In this document: positions 37,626 through 48,493 of the stretch, piece after piece | How the letters are laid out: the number at the start of each line of letters is the position of its first letter | Numbering within the stretch: the first letter of the stretch is position 1 | Source: Treponemataceae bacterium | Lineage (GTDB): Bacteria; Spirochaetota; Spirochaetia; Treponematales; Rectinemataceae | Length of the DNA: 64,000 nucleotides | Reading direction: 5' to 3' | NCBI GenBank assembly: GCA_963677895.2 | Contig: CAXXGJ010000025.1 | Location: forward strand, 160,001-224,000 | Notes under the pieces: model-generated | Databases searched by the model: none | What the model saw: the letters and a program-made list of their open reading frames with translations, nothing else | What the model was told of the DNA's origin: nothing | Made by a program: the position numbers and the translations under genes

Positions 37626-37678
37626 CTGCAAATATTTCTTGTATTTGGGTCTGAAATAATTAGAATTAATATTTGCAG
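37626..37678. repeat. 11-bp inverted repeat bracketing a promoter-like sequence
   Basis: CTGCAAATATT...AATATTTGCAG enclosing TTGTAT-16-TAGAAT. Confidence 0.6.
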
Positions 37679-37717
37679 GGCATTTAAGAAAGCCAAAGTG
37701 CTTCCCGAGGAGGTCTC

Positions 37718-39165
37718 GTGAACAAGCGAAGACTCGGGGAATTCGCCTTTGTTTCCATCGCGTTTCTGATCGTGACATCGTGCGCCTATACCACCAAGAA
37801 TAGAATTGTTGCCTCGGCGAACCAACCGCAGCAGAAAATACTGCCCCGATCCGGCCCTGGTCCCAGCGCCGATATCGATGAAAGCCTCGCCGAAGCCGCG
37901 CGTCTGTAGGCGCAAACCGGCGGCGCCAGAGGCAGCATCAGGGCGCAATTCGTGTCCTATATCAGGAAAAGGCTTTTAAGCATTGGCGCAAGCGAAATTT
38001 CACGGAACGTCGTCTCCGACCCAATTACGTATGATACCGAGTATTTCTGCGAAGATGGTTCCCGAAAAACCTGGAAACTCAGCGGTCTTGTTTTCCTGCC
38101 CATCGGCTCGGCGGATGAGAAGATATCGGCGCCGATAATCTCGTTCCAGTAAGGAACCCAGGTCAACAAAGGAAACGCCCCTTCAAGGTTCGACCCCAAT
38201 CCCGGCGTAGTTCTAAAGAACCCGCTTCGACCCGAAACAGACGAGGCGCTGCTCAACTATTTGGAGTGCACCATGGGCGCTGCCCTCGCAACATTTGGGT
38301 ATATCGTCGTAATGCCGGATTACCCAGGCTTTGGGGATAATACCGATATCCATCCCTACGTTCACCGTTCTCTTGGGGATTGCGTGAGGAACGCCATACT
38401 AGAAACAATCTCGCTGACGGGGACGACCAGTGGAAGGATCGGCTTTCGTGGAATGGCCGGCTCTACCTGATAGGCTATTCCGAAGGCGGGTGTGCCACGA
38501 TGGTCGGGGCAAAATCCCTGTCGGCCATGACTACTGAGACGATCCACGTAACCGCCGCCACTCTCTGCGATGGCTCCTACGATCTGTCGGGAACGATGAC
38601 TGAGCGGATTTTGGATAAGAAGCCTGAGATTAACCCTCACTACATACCCTACACTTTTATCGGCTATGAGGTGATCTACGGCGATTCGATTTTCAGGTCG
38701 TCCTCACCTTTCAAGGGAAACTACGCCGCGCGACTTCCGTGCCTTTTCGACGGAAACCATTGGACGGCCCAGATGTTTGCGGAGATCCCGCGAGCCGGAC
38801 TTTTCTCGCATCGGTATATAGCCCGCGACATCCTGGGCAGCGATGTAATCAAGGATTTAAGGGATGTTTCAAGCCCGCTCTTCAAAGCCATTCGCGAAAA
38901 CGACGCATTCAGAGGATGGAAGCCTACCTTTCTGATGAGGATCGTCCACTGCGAGAAAAACGATGTGGTTCCGGCCGAAAACGCTATCGCCGCATACTAT
39001 GCCTTCGGTGGATCAGAAACGACTAACGTGGAACTCGTGTATGTGCAGCCAGTAACGTTTGCGGCGACGCGGGCGGATATCCACACCAGGGCATTCCCCA
39101 CCGCCTTGCTCGATGGGTTTTCCTACATATATCGAACTGAATCCGTGGAGGAAAAGAACGAGTAA
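37718..39165 (+). pseudogene. Lipoprotein lipase/alpha-beta hydrolase pseudogene
   Basis: Lipobox VTSC; LSGLVFLP, ISFQ*GT, VVMPDYPGFG..HPY, GYSEGG, DVVP, H; stops at 37907 and 38150, frameshift near 38420. Confidence 0.8.
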
Positions 39166-39261
39166 TTGAAGTGTAACCATCACTGCCTTGAAACGGTATA
39201 TAAAAGGGTGGTGCATAGCTCTTGAGAATTCCGGCCGCCGCCTGCGCCTGGAAAGGAGCAT

Positions 39262-39432
39262 ATGATGAAGTGTCGTCAAGCGCGATGCGGAGTTGCTTCA
39301 ATCAGAGGGATAATCGGATTAACTGCAATCATTCTTGTTTCAGTTTCGGCTGTGAGCTGCGATTGGCTATCCGGCTCCAAGGCCGCGGCATATGTCGCGG
39401 GATACTACGGCAATGGCAAATCCACAAGCTGA
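39262..39432 (+). pseudogene. Truncated lipoprotein (56 aa)
   Basis: AAAGGAG RBS; MMKCRQ..IILVSVSAVSCDWL..AYVAGYYGNG*; runs into the ferredoxin remnant. Confidence 0.5.
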
Positions 39433-40470
39433 AGAACGGATACAGCCAGCTCGCGGAGCGGATCAACCTTATGCCGCAGGGAGCGCCTCTTGGAGAACTC
39501 TTGTACAAGATATTATCCATCCTGTTTTCTGAGAAGGAGGCCGATCGAGGCGCGCGGTATGATGCTGGACATCGAAAATCCCGAGGGTGCACAGATATTC
39601 AGCATGCTGCCGCCCATAGCGAGTTTCTTCGAATTTTCCATGATGCGGGTGGACAACGGCTACGACCAGAAACCTCTCGCCGAGCTTTACTACCGCTATC
39701 TCAACTTCGAGGAAGACTTCATAAAAAACCTGTTCGCGGGCGGGAAAACCCAGTTAAGCAGGGTCTTCGTCAACGAGCCTTCGTTCTCCGAGGAGAACTG
39801 CTTTCACGTTTTGGACTACGAGCGCGCGAGCGAAGTGATCCGGACAGCGACGCATGTGGGAATCGGCACCTGCTACTGCCGCCACAAGATGAGCCATCTG
39901 TATCGCGCGTGCGACGCCCCGATGGACATCTGTATGACCTTCAATGGTGTCGCGCAATCCCTCATCGCGCGCGGCGTTGGCGAACGCGAAGGCCTGGACC
40001 TCCTCGATAAAGCTATAGCGCACAACCTTGTCCAGTTCGGCGAGAATGTCCGCGAATCGGTGTCGTTCATCTGCAATTGCTGCGGATGCTGCGGGGTGCG
40101 ACGCTTACGCGCAGATCTGCCCCGTGGAACCGGTGGGCATGGTGAGCGCCGGAGATCCCCATGACAGCCGCAGGGAAAAGGCTCACGTCGATACATCGAT
40201 CTGCCTCGGCTGCGGAGTGTGCGCGCACGCTTGTCCCCAAAAGTCATTTCGCTTACGTCGCGGGAAAAGCGCGTGATCACGCCGGTCAATTCCGCCCACC
40301 GGACAGTTCACATGGCCATCGAGAGCGGGAAGCTCCAGAATCTCGTGTTCGACAACCAGGTCTTGGAGTCGCACCGCGCCATGGCGGCTGTTCTCGGCGT
40401 CATCCTGAAACTGCCTCCCACCAAGCAGATCATGGCCAGCCGGCAGATGAAATCGCGGTACCTCCTGATT
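39422..40470 (+). pseudogene. 4Fe-4S dicluster protein pseudogene (frameshifts and deletions)
   Basis: PQGAP..LYKIL, FFEFSMMR, CYCRHK..CDAP..C, ICNCCGCC, CLGCGVCAHACP, MAIESGKLQNL, spread over several frames. Confidence 0.82.
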
Positions 40471-40546
40471 AATGCCCTCGTGTTATATATTTCGTTTTTA
40501 TCAAAATACATTGATAATAATTTGACCAAGCAAAATGCTGCGCCAG

Positions 40547-40582
40547 AAAAAAATAAAAACAACCGATAGTTGCAAGCGGTTG
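40547..40582 (-). terminator. Terminator of the hydrolase operon
   Basis: CAACCG..CGGTTG followed by TTTTTATTTTTTT on the minus strand. Confidence 0.6.
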
Positions 40583-40640
40583 CGCGGGGATCCGCTGTGT
40601 TTCTCTATAGCCTCTCCTGACGAGTGGGTACGTCATATGG

Positions 40641-42092
40641 TTATCCTATCGATGGTGACTCGCGAGCGAATTTTGTCAGATAGTACAAAAACGCTGTACA
40701 GGACTTTTCGTTCTCCCGTAGTCCCTTGAGCGTAAAGAACTCGTTCGGCGCGTGGATCATACCGCTGATCCCAAGCCCGTAATCGACGAAGGGGATCGAA
40801 ATGGGCGGGTCGGTAAAAACGTAAGACGGACCCGTGCCCGGAAAAATCGGCCAAACCGTCGTTTCCGGATAACCGGAATCGTGCATAGCCGCGATGCAGG
40901 CTCGGGCGGCCACGCTGTCCTCCTTTACCTTCGACCAGGGCGTCCCTTGTCGCTTTTTCAGCTCGATATCCTGAAACCCATGCGCATCAAGATGCTCCCT
41001 GATCCGCTTGATCATCGCCTCTGCTGTCATATTTGGAACGAGACGAATATCGAGCTTTGCCTGCGCTTTATACGGAAGCACTGTCTTCGTGGCAGGGCCC
41101 GTATAACCCGCCCATATGCCATCGATATTCAGCGAAGGCGTCCAAAGCCAGGCCCTAAGCGCGTCCGCCCCCGAAAGTTTCTTCATGAAGCGCGTTGCGC
41201 CCAGCCGATCTCTCAGATACATCTTGTCGTCGAAAACCGCTGCCAGTTCCTGCGTCAGCTGGTTATCGGTTTCATCGGGTTCGACGACTTCGTCGAAAAA
41301 GCCTTCGATCAGGATCTTGTCGTTCTCGTCGCGCATCGTGCCCAAAGCCCGCACCAGTCGCCAGACCGGGCTGGAAAGCCAGGTCGCGTTCATGCTATGC
41401 ACATCCGCCCTGCACGGTCCGCCCCAATCCCCTCCTCTGGCTTCCAATTCCAGATAAAGCATGCCCTTGTTCCCCAGCGTGGTAAACGGCCTGCCCTTCT
41501 CGTCCTGTCGCGCGGCATTCAGAAAAACCCCGACACATTTCGACAGTTCCTCGGCATGCGCTTTTGTGAAGGGAACCATGCTTTCGCTGCCCATCTCCTC
41601 TTCGCCTTCGACGACAAAAAGGATATTCAAAGGGAAGGCCCCGAGGGTTTTTTTGATGGACTCCACGGCATTGAGGAAACAAACCAGCGGACCTTTGGAA
41701 TTGGCGATGCCCCTTGCCACGACACAAGAGCCGTGTGGTTCCACGTCCATGATTGCTCCGGCGAAGGGCTCCACCTTCCACTCATTCAGCGGTTCGGGCG
41801 GCTGTACGTCGTACATCCCGTACATTACCAGCGTCGGCGCATCGGGGATATCGGCCGGCAGCCTGCCGACTACTATCGGGCTATGGATGTATCTTTCAAG
41901 ATGGATATCGACACAGCCGACAGCGCTCAGGAGGTCTTCAACTTTCCGGGCGCATGCTTCTATTCCTTCCCCCGTCCCGGCGATGCTGGGCTGGCGCACC
42001 AGATCCAGGATCCGCGGCAGATGCTCGCTATCGAAATGTTCGTCGATATATGCATATACAGGCGTTGTCCAATTATCTTTCATGGTTATCAC
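40641..42092 (-). CDS. M20 family metallohydrolase (dipeptidase-like), atypical metal ligands
   Basis: YGMYDVQP, ARGIANSKG, EGEEEMGS, KTVLP, IHAPNE. Confidence 0.9.
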   Translation of the reverse strand: MITMKDNWTTPVYAYIDEHFDSEHLPRILDLVRQPSIAGTGEGIEACARKVEDLLSAVGCVDIHLERYIHSPIVVGRLPADIPDAPTLVMYGMYDVQPPEPLNEWKVEPFAGAIMDVEPHGSCVVARGIANSKGPLVCFLNAVESIKKTLGAFPLNILFVVEGEEEMGSESMVPFTKAHAEELSKCVGVFLNAARQDEKGRPFTTLGNKGMLYLELEARGGDWGGPCRADVHSMNATWLSSPVWRLVRALGTMRDENDKILIEGFFDEVVEPDETDNQLTQELAAVFDDKMYLRDRLGATRFMKKLSGADALRAWLWTPSLNIDGIWAGYTGPATKTVLPYKAQAKLDIRLVPNMTAEAMIKRIREHLDAHGFQDIELKKRQGTPWSKVKEDSVAARACIAAMHDSGYPETTVWPIFPGTGPSYVFTDPPISIPFVDYGLGISGMIHAPNEFFTLKGLRENEKSCTAFLYYLTKFARESPSIG

Positions 42093-42104
42093 TATGACTC
42101 CCGA

Positions 42105-42869
42105 TTATTTCAGCTTCAGCAAAGTCTTGATGTTGTCGCAGAAAAGCTTCTGTTTCCTCTCGGCGCTGACGTCCATCGAGAGGAGGGGATCAAGATTCTC
42201 CTTGAATCGCCCGAGGCGTAGCGGGTTGGCATCAGTCCCGAAAAGGATTCTGTCGTCTTTCCGCATCCATTCGTAGGAAGCGGCAGCCAATTGCGGGAAA
42301 AGTCTGACATAATCGGAAAATGTGCCCGTCGTATCCATATAGACATTCTCATGTTTCGACACGATACAGAGATCGTCGCTCAGAGGATTAGCGTGCGCGA
42401 TGATGAATTTCGCCTCGGGATACCGGATGGCCAGATCGTCGATCGGCGCCGAGCTGCTGTAGGCTAACCGGGCTGTCCGCGAGTAGATCGGACCCGTATG
42501 GATCAAGATCGGCAAGTCCATATCGATGCATGTCTCGATCACTTCCCCAACCCGCGGATCTTCCATCGAAAAATTCTGTAGCGGCGGATGCAGTTTCAGC
42601 CCCCTCAGTCCGTACGTCTCGATTGCCTGACGCAGCTCCTTCGAAGCATTGGGCTCGGTTGGGACGACACAGGCGTACCCCATCAATCGGTCCGGATAAT
42701 CATGAACCAACTTCCCCACAAAGGCATTGTCCGAATATCCCAAGCTCTCCGAACCGGGAACAATGGGGTGAACGATCGCGATGTCGATGTTCAGCGCGTC
42801 CATCGCATTCAAAAAATCCTTGACGTTTCCGCGGCCTTCGCGAATATGGGTATGCGTATCGATAATCAT
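42105..42869 (-). CDS. Amidohydrolase_2 family protein
   Basis: IIDTHTH, GLKLHP, LIHTG, IAH, LFGTD. Confidence 0.88.
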   Translation of the reverse strand: MIIDTHTHIREGRGNVKDFLNAMDALNIDIAIVHPIVPGSESLGYSDNAFVGKLVHDYPDRLMGYACVVPTEPNASKELRQAIETYGLRGLKLHPPLQNFSMEDPRVGEVIETCIDMDLPILIHTGPIYSRTARLAYSSSAPIDDLAIRYPEAKFIIAHANPLSDDLCIVSKHENVYMDTTGTFSDYVRLFPQLAAASYEWMRKDDRILFGTDANPLRLGRFKENLDPLLSMDVSAERKQKLFCDNIKTLLKLK

Positions 42870-42899
42870 TGTATACTCCTTTCTCCTTAGAAATCGAAA

Positions 42900-44360
42900 C
42901 TATTTGGTCGTGTTTACGTGGTGCGCGCGCGCTTCTTCCATCAGTTGAATGAGATAGTACAGAAATGCGCTGCAGGACTTCTCGTTTTCTACCATCCCCT
43001 TGATCGTCATCCATTCGTCCGGCGCGTGGATTCGTCCGGACTGCCCTAAGCCGTAGGAAGCAAAAGGCAGATTGATCGGCGGGTTGGTGAATAGATAGGC
43101 CGGCCCGGTTCCGGGAAATATCGGCCAAGGCGAACCGTCCGGGTACCCGGAATGGTCCATAGCAGCTATAGCGGCGCGAGCTGGCACACTTTCCGGATCC
43201 ATCTTCGACCATGGTGTTTTCTGCCGGATAGTCATCTGAATGTCTTCGAATCCATGTTCATCCAGATGCTTTCTGATGCACTTCGCGACATGAGCCGCGG
43301 TCATGGGCGGGACCAGCCGCACATCGATCTTGCAGTTCGCCTTATAAGGGAGAATCGTCTTCGTCGCGGGTCCAGTGTAGCCGGCCCATATGCCATCGAT
43401 GTTCAGCGTGGGTTGCCACAGCAGTTGTCTGAGCGCATTCCCTCCAGTGAGCCTATGAATGAACTTTTTTGCAAAAAGTCTTTTGTTCAAGTACATCGGT
43501 TCATCGAAGACATCGATCATGCGCTGGGTCAGCTTTTCATCGCCCTTTCCTAAGGGCCGTAGTTCGTCAAAAAAATTATCTATGAGAATATTGTCTTCTT
43601 TGTCCTTCATCGTCGCGAGCGCGTTGACGAGCCGCCAGACTGGGCTGGACACCCAGGCCGCGTTCATTCCGTGGAGATCGACTTCAGTGGGGCCGCCCCA
43701 GGCGCCACCGCTCGCCTCCAGTTCGAAGAACAAAATACCTTTGTTGCCATTGATCGTGAACGGCCGGCCCTGCTCGTCCTGGCGGGTGCCGTTCAAAAAG
43801 ACCGTATCAAATTGGGAAAGTTCGGCCGCATGCTTTTGCACGTACTGCGCCAGGCTTTCGCTCCCCAGTTCCTCCTCACCCTCGACAATAAACCGGATGG
43901 AGACCGGATCATAACCCAGCACTCGCCGGATAGAGTCCACCGCATTGATGAAGCAGATCAGCGGGCCTTTCGAATTCGCGACGCCTCGGGCCACCATGCA
44001 TTCGCCGTAGGGAGCTAGGTCCTTGATGACTCCTTCGAAGGGGGGGACGGTCCACGCTTCGATCGGGTCGGGCGGCTGTACGTCGTACATCCCGTACATC
44101 AACACCTTGGGCGCGTCTGGCAGAGGCGAGATCAGGTCGCCGATGACGACGGGGCTGTGGACGAACCTTTCCAGATGGATATTGACGCATCCGAGCCGTC
44201 CCAAAATGTCCATGACTTTGGTCGCGCACTCTTCGATGCCTTCGCCCGTGCCCGCGATGCTCGGCTGCCGTACAAGCTCTTTGACGAGAGGCAGGTGGGT
44301 CTCACGAAAATTTTTGTCGATGTGGCGGTAGGTCTCTTGGAGCCAATTTTCCGATTCCAT
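42900..44360 (-). CDS. M20 family metallohydrolase, paralogue of 40641-42092
   Basis: YGMYDVQP, ARGVANSKG, EGEEELGS, IHAPDE; long shared peptides such as LVRQPSIAGTGEGIE and LNIDGIWAGYTGPATKT. Confidence 0.9.
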   Translation of the reverse strand: MESENWLQETYRHIDKNFRETHLPLVKELVRQPSIAGTGEGIEECATKVMDILGRLGCVNIHLERFVHSPVVIGDLISPLPDAPKVLMYGMYDVQPPDPIEAWTVPPFEGVIKDLAPYGECMVARGVANSKGPLICFINAVDSIRRVLGYDPVSIRFIVEGEEELGSESLAQYVQKHAAELSQFDTVFLNGTRQDEQGRPFTINGNKGILFFELEASGGAWGGPTEVDLHGMNAAWVSSPVWRLVNALATMKDKEDNILIDNFFDELRPLGKGDEKLTQRMIDVFDEPMYLNKRLFAKKFIHRLTGGNALRQLLWQPTLNIDGIWAGYTGPATKTILPYKANCKIDVRLVPPMTAAHVAKCIRKHLDEHGFEDIQMTIRQKTPWSKMDPESVPARAAIAAMDHSGYPDGSPWPIFPGTGPAYLFTNPPINLPFASYGLGQSGRIHAPDEWMTIKGMVENEKSCSAFLYYLIQLMEEARAHHVNTTK

Positions 44361-44387
44361 AGTGATATATCCTCCTGCAGGTGATAT

Positions 44388-46385
44388 TTATTGTTTCAAG
44401 TGGGAATTGAACCAGTCCGTGATGAGCTTCAACCGATTGATGCGATTCCGGGGTTTCCCGGCCCGGCTCAACTCATGTCCCTCATTTTTGAAAATACAAA
44501 GCCGCGATTCGATGCCATGATATTTCAACGCGTAGAACATCTGAATGCCTTCTGAAACCGGGCAACGGTAGTCATTCTCCGAATGAAGAAAGAGCGTCGG
44601 AGTCTTGCAACAATCCGCGTATTTGAGGGGAGAATGCTCCCAGTAACGGTCTATATCCATCCATAGATCGGTGTCGAATTGCCAGAGCGGGAACTGGTAG
44701 CTGGTGTCCGATGTGCCGAACATAGAAATAAAACTGGCGATTCCTCTTTGCGAGACGGCGCACTTGAAGCGATCCGTATGGCCGATGATCCAGTTGGTTA
44801 TGTACCCGCCGTAACTTCCTCCGCCGACACCCAGTCGATGGGAGTCAAGTCCAGGGTACTTTTCCAAACAGACATCCGTGAATTTCATGATGTCCGAATA
44901 ATCATCGACCCCATATTTCCCAATGATGTTCGCGAAGACGTTATCTCGGCCGTCGCTGCCTCGAGGATTACAGTAGAAAACGTAGTAGCCTTGGTTCGCC
45001 CACACTTGCATCTCGTGGTAAAACACCGAACCGAAGGTGAGCTTATGGCCCCCATGGATATAAAGGATTCCTGGATAGGATTCGCCCGGCCGCCAATCGA
45101 CAGGCTTGATGAGGAAACCCTGCAAGCGTATTCCGTCGTTGGAAAAATCGACGAACTCGTGCCGGCTCAGGGTAATCTCGGATTGCACCCAATCGTTGAA
45201 ATCGGTCAACTTTTTTTCGACACCATCCTTTAGCGAATATAATTCCGGCAGTCTGTCGTGCTGCATCCCGACGAAAATAATTTCATTCCCGCACAACGCG
45301 ATGGAGTCGATCGACCCGCCTTCCCCGGTAAGCGTTTCAAAGCGTCCTTTCGCGTCTACACGTTTAAGATATGCATCGCCGCCTTCCGTGCCAACGTAGT
45401 ATACGAAATCCTGATCGGCGGCGACCGTATCCCCGCTTCCATACCTCGAATCGGTCCCGACAGAGTTCGACGCGCTCAATTCATTCCTGGCGAAGAGAAT
45501 TACTTTGGAAGTTATCTCATCAATCCAGTAAAAATACGAATTCTCCTGATAGCCATAGCGCAGCCCGTCCGATCCCAAGAAGAAAGGTTTCGTCCCCTGG
45601 AAGCCGCAGGAATGAACCCGATAGCGCATATCGTCAACGTACTCCCGGTTAAGACCAGTATCCGCATCGTATATCGCTATGTTGCTGAGGAAGATATATG
45701 GCTTATCTTTCGTGAATCGCTTTGCGCTGTAGATGATCCGGGAGCCTTCGGCTCTTACGAATTCGACCTGCTGCTCCGGACCTGAAACCGGCCAAAGCTT
45801 CTGCGTCGTCCGGTCGAATACATAGAGCCTGCTCCGTCGACCGCTCGTGATGCCTCGCCCATCTTTTCTAAATGGCATCTCGTCAGCCACAATATAACTG
45901 ACGTCCCGCTCTGCCCTTGCTTTTAAAGCCTTTTCCCGTTCTTCACCATCGTGATCCATAGGATCATCTTCATAGAGGTTAAAATCAGCCAGAAGCGCGA
46001 ACCGGTCACAGCCAAGCGGGCGTAGCCACGTAACGATCCGGGGAATTCGCATGTATTCCTGAGCTTCCCCGCCCGCAAACGACAGAGCATAGAAAACACT
46101 CCAGGACTCTCCCGCCTCGATCTTTTTTGCCAGTTCCTCATTTCGCATGGTCTGGAAAAGGAGAGTAGTATTGTCCAGCCAGAGGACGTTTTTCTCCGCG
46201 CCACCGGTTGTATAGCGGCTCGTGCGGCGTGTTTGCCTGTCGAACACATAAACAGACGAGTCGTAGCAGTTTTTCTTCTCGTTGCACTGGCTTACGATAA
46301 AAGCGCACTTTTTCTTGTCCGGAGACGCCACGAGGGCGGACAGATATTTGTAGTTAAGAAGATCTTCAATGGTAAGTCGCCTCAT
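44388..46385 (-). CDS. S9 family serine peptidase (S9C acylaminoacyl-peptidase-like)
   Basis: Beta-propeller N-terminus, IHGG, NPRGS, GGSYGG, ENDYRCP, NEGHELSR. Confidence 0.92.
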   Translation of the reverse strand: MRRLTIEDLLNYKYLSALVASPDKKKCAFIVSQCNEKKNCYDSSVYVFDRQTRRTSRYTTGGAEKNVLWLDNTTLLFQTMRNEELAKKIEAGESWSVFYALSFAGGEAQEYMRIPRIVTWLRPLGCDRFALLADFNLYEDDPMDHDGEEREKALKARAERDVSYIVADEMPFRKDGRGITSGRRSRLYVFDRTTQKLWPVSGPEQQVEFVRAEGSRIIYSAKRFTKDKPYIFLSNIAIYDADTGLNREYVDDMRYRVHSCGFQGTKPFFLGSDGLRYGYQENSYFYWIDEITSKVILFARNELSASNSVGTDSRYGSGDTVAADQDFVYYVGTEGGDAYLKRVDAKGRFETLTGEGGSIDSIALCGNEIIFVGMQHDRLPELYSLKDGVEKKLTDFNDWVQSEITLSRHEFVDFSNDGIRLQGFLIKPVDWRPGESYPGILYIHGGHKLTFGSVFYHEMQVWANQGYYVFYCNPRGSDGRDNVFANIIGKYGVDDYSDIMKFTDVCLEKYPGLDSHRLGVGGGSYGGYITNWIIGHTDRFKCAVSQRGIASFISMFGTSDTSYQFPLWQFDTDLWMDIDRYWEHSPLKYADCCKTPTLFLHSENDYRCPVSEGIQMFYALKYHGIESRLCIFKNEGHELSRAGKPRNRINRLKLITDWFNSHLKQ

Positions 46386-47425
46386 ATCGTTACGCTTTCC
46401 TTGAGGTCAAAGCTTTTAGCCCGTCCTGGGTCACACAAATGACAGGCCGCGAAATGTCCCGGCCCCAGCTCTCTCAGCTGTGGCTCCTGAGTAAAACAAA
46501 GTGGATTGGAATAGACACATCGCGTATTGAATCGGCAACCGGCCGGCGGATTCCGGGGGCTTGGCAGATCGCCTTTTAATATAATCCTTTCCCTCTTGAT
46601 CGAAGGATCTGGGATTGGAATCGCGGAAAGAAGGGCCTGAGTATAGGGATGGCAGGGTGAAGTGAATAGATCCTCAGAAGCGGCCATTTCGACGACCTTT
46701 CCCAGATACATGACACAGACGCGATCCGATACGTAGCGGATGACATTCAGGGCGTGGGAAATAAATACATAGGTCAGCCCGAAACGATCCTGGAGATGCT
46801 TCAATAAGTTGAGTATCTGCGACTGGATGGATACATCCAGCGCCGAAACGGGCTCATCACAGAAGATTAGCTTAGGCCGCACTATGATGGAGCGCGCGAT
46901 GCTAATTCTCTGCCGCTGTCCTCCCGAGAACTCGTGGGGATAACGTTCATAGTACGAAGACTCCAGGCCCACGACTTCCAAGGTTTCAAGGACTTTTTGC
47001 TTCCGTTCGGCCGCCTCCTTCATCCCATGCACCAATAGCGGCTCTCCGACAATCTCTCCGATCGACATTCGAGGATCCAGCGAAGAATATGGATCCTGAA
47101 ATATGATCTGCATCTGGCTGCGCGACTTGCGCAAGTCCTCCTCCGTCAAGCCAAAGAGATCGACGCCATCGTAGATGGCGCTGCCGCTCGTCGCGTGCAC
47201 AATTTGCATTATTGTCTGCGCTAGCGTGCTTTTTCCGCATCCGGATTCGCCCACTAAACCTAAGGTCTCCCCCTCGTAGACATTGAATGAAACCCCATCC
47301 ACCGCGTGGATGGAACCTTGCTGCTTCGAGAAAAGCCCGCCGTAAACGGGGAAATACGTCTTGAGGTCACGAACTTGCAGCAGCAGCCTAGCGGTAGCCG
47401 GACGGACAGCGCTCGGGAGTGTCAT
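46382..47425 (-). CDS. Peptide ABC ATP-binding protein (OppF/DppF-like)
   Basis: GESGCGKST, FSGGQRQR, DEPVSALDVS. Confidence 0.92.
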   Translation of the reverse strand: MTLPSAVRPATARLLLQVRDLKTYFPVYGGLFSKQQGSIHAVDGVSFNVYEGETLGLVGESGCGKSTLAQTIMQIVHATSGSAIYDGVDLFGLTEEDLRKSRSQMQIIFQDPYSSLDPRMSIGEIVGEPLLVHGMKEAAERKQKVLETLEVVGLESSYYERYPHEFSGGQRQRISIARSIIVRPKLIFCDEPVSALDVSIQSQILNLLKHLQDRFGLTYVFISHALNVIRYVSDRVCVMYLGKVVEMAASEDLFTSPCHPYTQALLSAIPIPDPSIKRERIILKGDLPSPRNPPAGCRFNTRCVYSNPLCFTQEPQLRELGPGHFAACHLCDPGRAKSFDLKESVTI

Positions 47426-48414
47426 ACGTTGTTGCCTTTCCCTGAACTCGCATTTGAGACTAAATGGCAGGCCACTTTATGCGTTCCCAAGGTTACCAGA
47501 TCCGGAATCCTCACCCTGCAAATATCCATGCACTGAGGGCAGCGAGGGTGAAAGCGACAGCCCTTCGGAAAATCGGCCGGATTGGGAACCTGGCCGCGGA
47601 TCACCGCCAACTCCGGTTTCCGCTTATCCACACGGGGGATACACTCCAAAAGGCCGCGCGTGTATGGGTGCAGGGGGTTAGTATATATATCCTTTGGCAA
47701 ACCTTCCTCGACGATTTTGCCCGAGTACATAACGAGGATCCGCTGGGCGATTTCAGCGACAACGCCCAGATCGTGCGTGATAAAAAGAACGGTCATACCG
47801 CGCTCTTTTTTTAGCGTGGAGATCAGGTCGAGTATTTGGGCTTGGATAGTGACGTCCAGGGCTGTTGTGGGCTCATCCGCGATCAGCAATTTCGGATTGC
47901 AGGAAATCGCCATGGCGATCATGACCCTCTGGCGCATGCCCCCGGAAAACTGATGGGGATACGCGTTGGCGCAGCGTTCCGGATCCGGGACCCCCACCAT
48001 TTTCAGCGATTCAATAGCTCGTTTACGGGCCTCGGACTTGCTCAGGCCCTCATGCGTCGAGAACACTTCTCCTATCTGCTCCCCGATCCGGTGCACGGGA
48101 TTCAGCGCTGTCATAGGCTCCTGGAAAATCATCGAGATATCCTTGCCTCGGATTTGCCCTATGTCATGGGCGCTTTTAGCCAAAAGGTCCTCTCCCCCAA
48201 ACCAGATTTCCCCCTCGACATATTTCCCCGGCGGGGAGGCTACCAACCGCATGATCGAAAGAGACGTGACGCTTTTTCCACAACCCGACTCGCCGACAAT
48301 GCACAGCGTTTCGCCCTTAAAAACATCGAAGCTCACGCCATCCACCGCAGTGATGACTTTATCCGAGAGATAGAAGGCTGTTTTCAGGCCCTTGACTTCC
48401 AGTAGTTTTTCCAT
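47422..48414 (-). CDS. Peptide ABC ATP-binding protein (OppD/DppD-like)
   Basis: GESGCGKSVT, FSGGMRQR, DEPTTALD; start MEKLL. Confidence 0.92.
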   Translation of the reverse strand: MEKLLEVKGLKTAFYLSDKVITAVDGVSFDVFKGETLCIVGESGCGKSVTSLSIMRLVASPPGKYVEGEIWFGGEDLLAKSAHDIGQIRGKDISMIFQEPMTALNPVHRIGEQIGEVFSTHEGLSKSEARKRAIESLKMVGVPDPERCANAYPHQFSGGMRQRVMIAMAISCNPKLLIADEPTTALDVTIQAQILDLISTLKKERGMTVLFITHDLGVVAEIAQRILVMYSGKIVEEGLPKDIYTNPLHPYTRGLLECIPRVDKRKPELAVIRGQVPNPADFPKGCRFHPRCPQCMDICRVRIPDLVTLGTHKVACHLVSNASSGKGNNV

Positions 48415-48445
48415 GCGTCCCAGTCCCTTGTCGAAAAGCTGACGA

Positions 48446-48477
48446 CTCGCCACCGCCGCCGACGCGGCGGCAGCGAG
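48446..48477. other. GC hairpin after the substrate-binding protein gene (probable mRNA stabiliser)
   Basis: CTCGC-CA-CCGCCGC-CGAC-GCGGCGG-CA-GCGAG, no U-tract. Confidence 0.55.
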
Positions 48478-48493
48478 GAGACGACTTCCCAGC

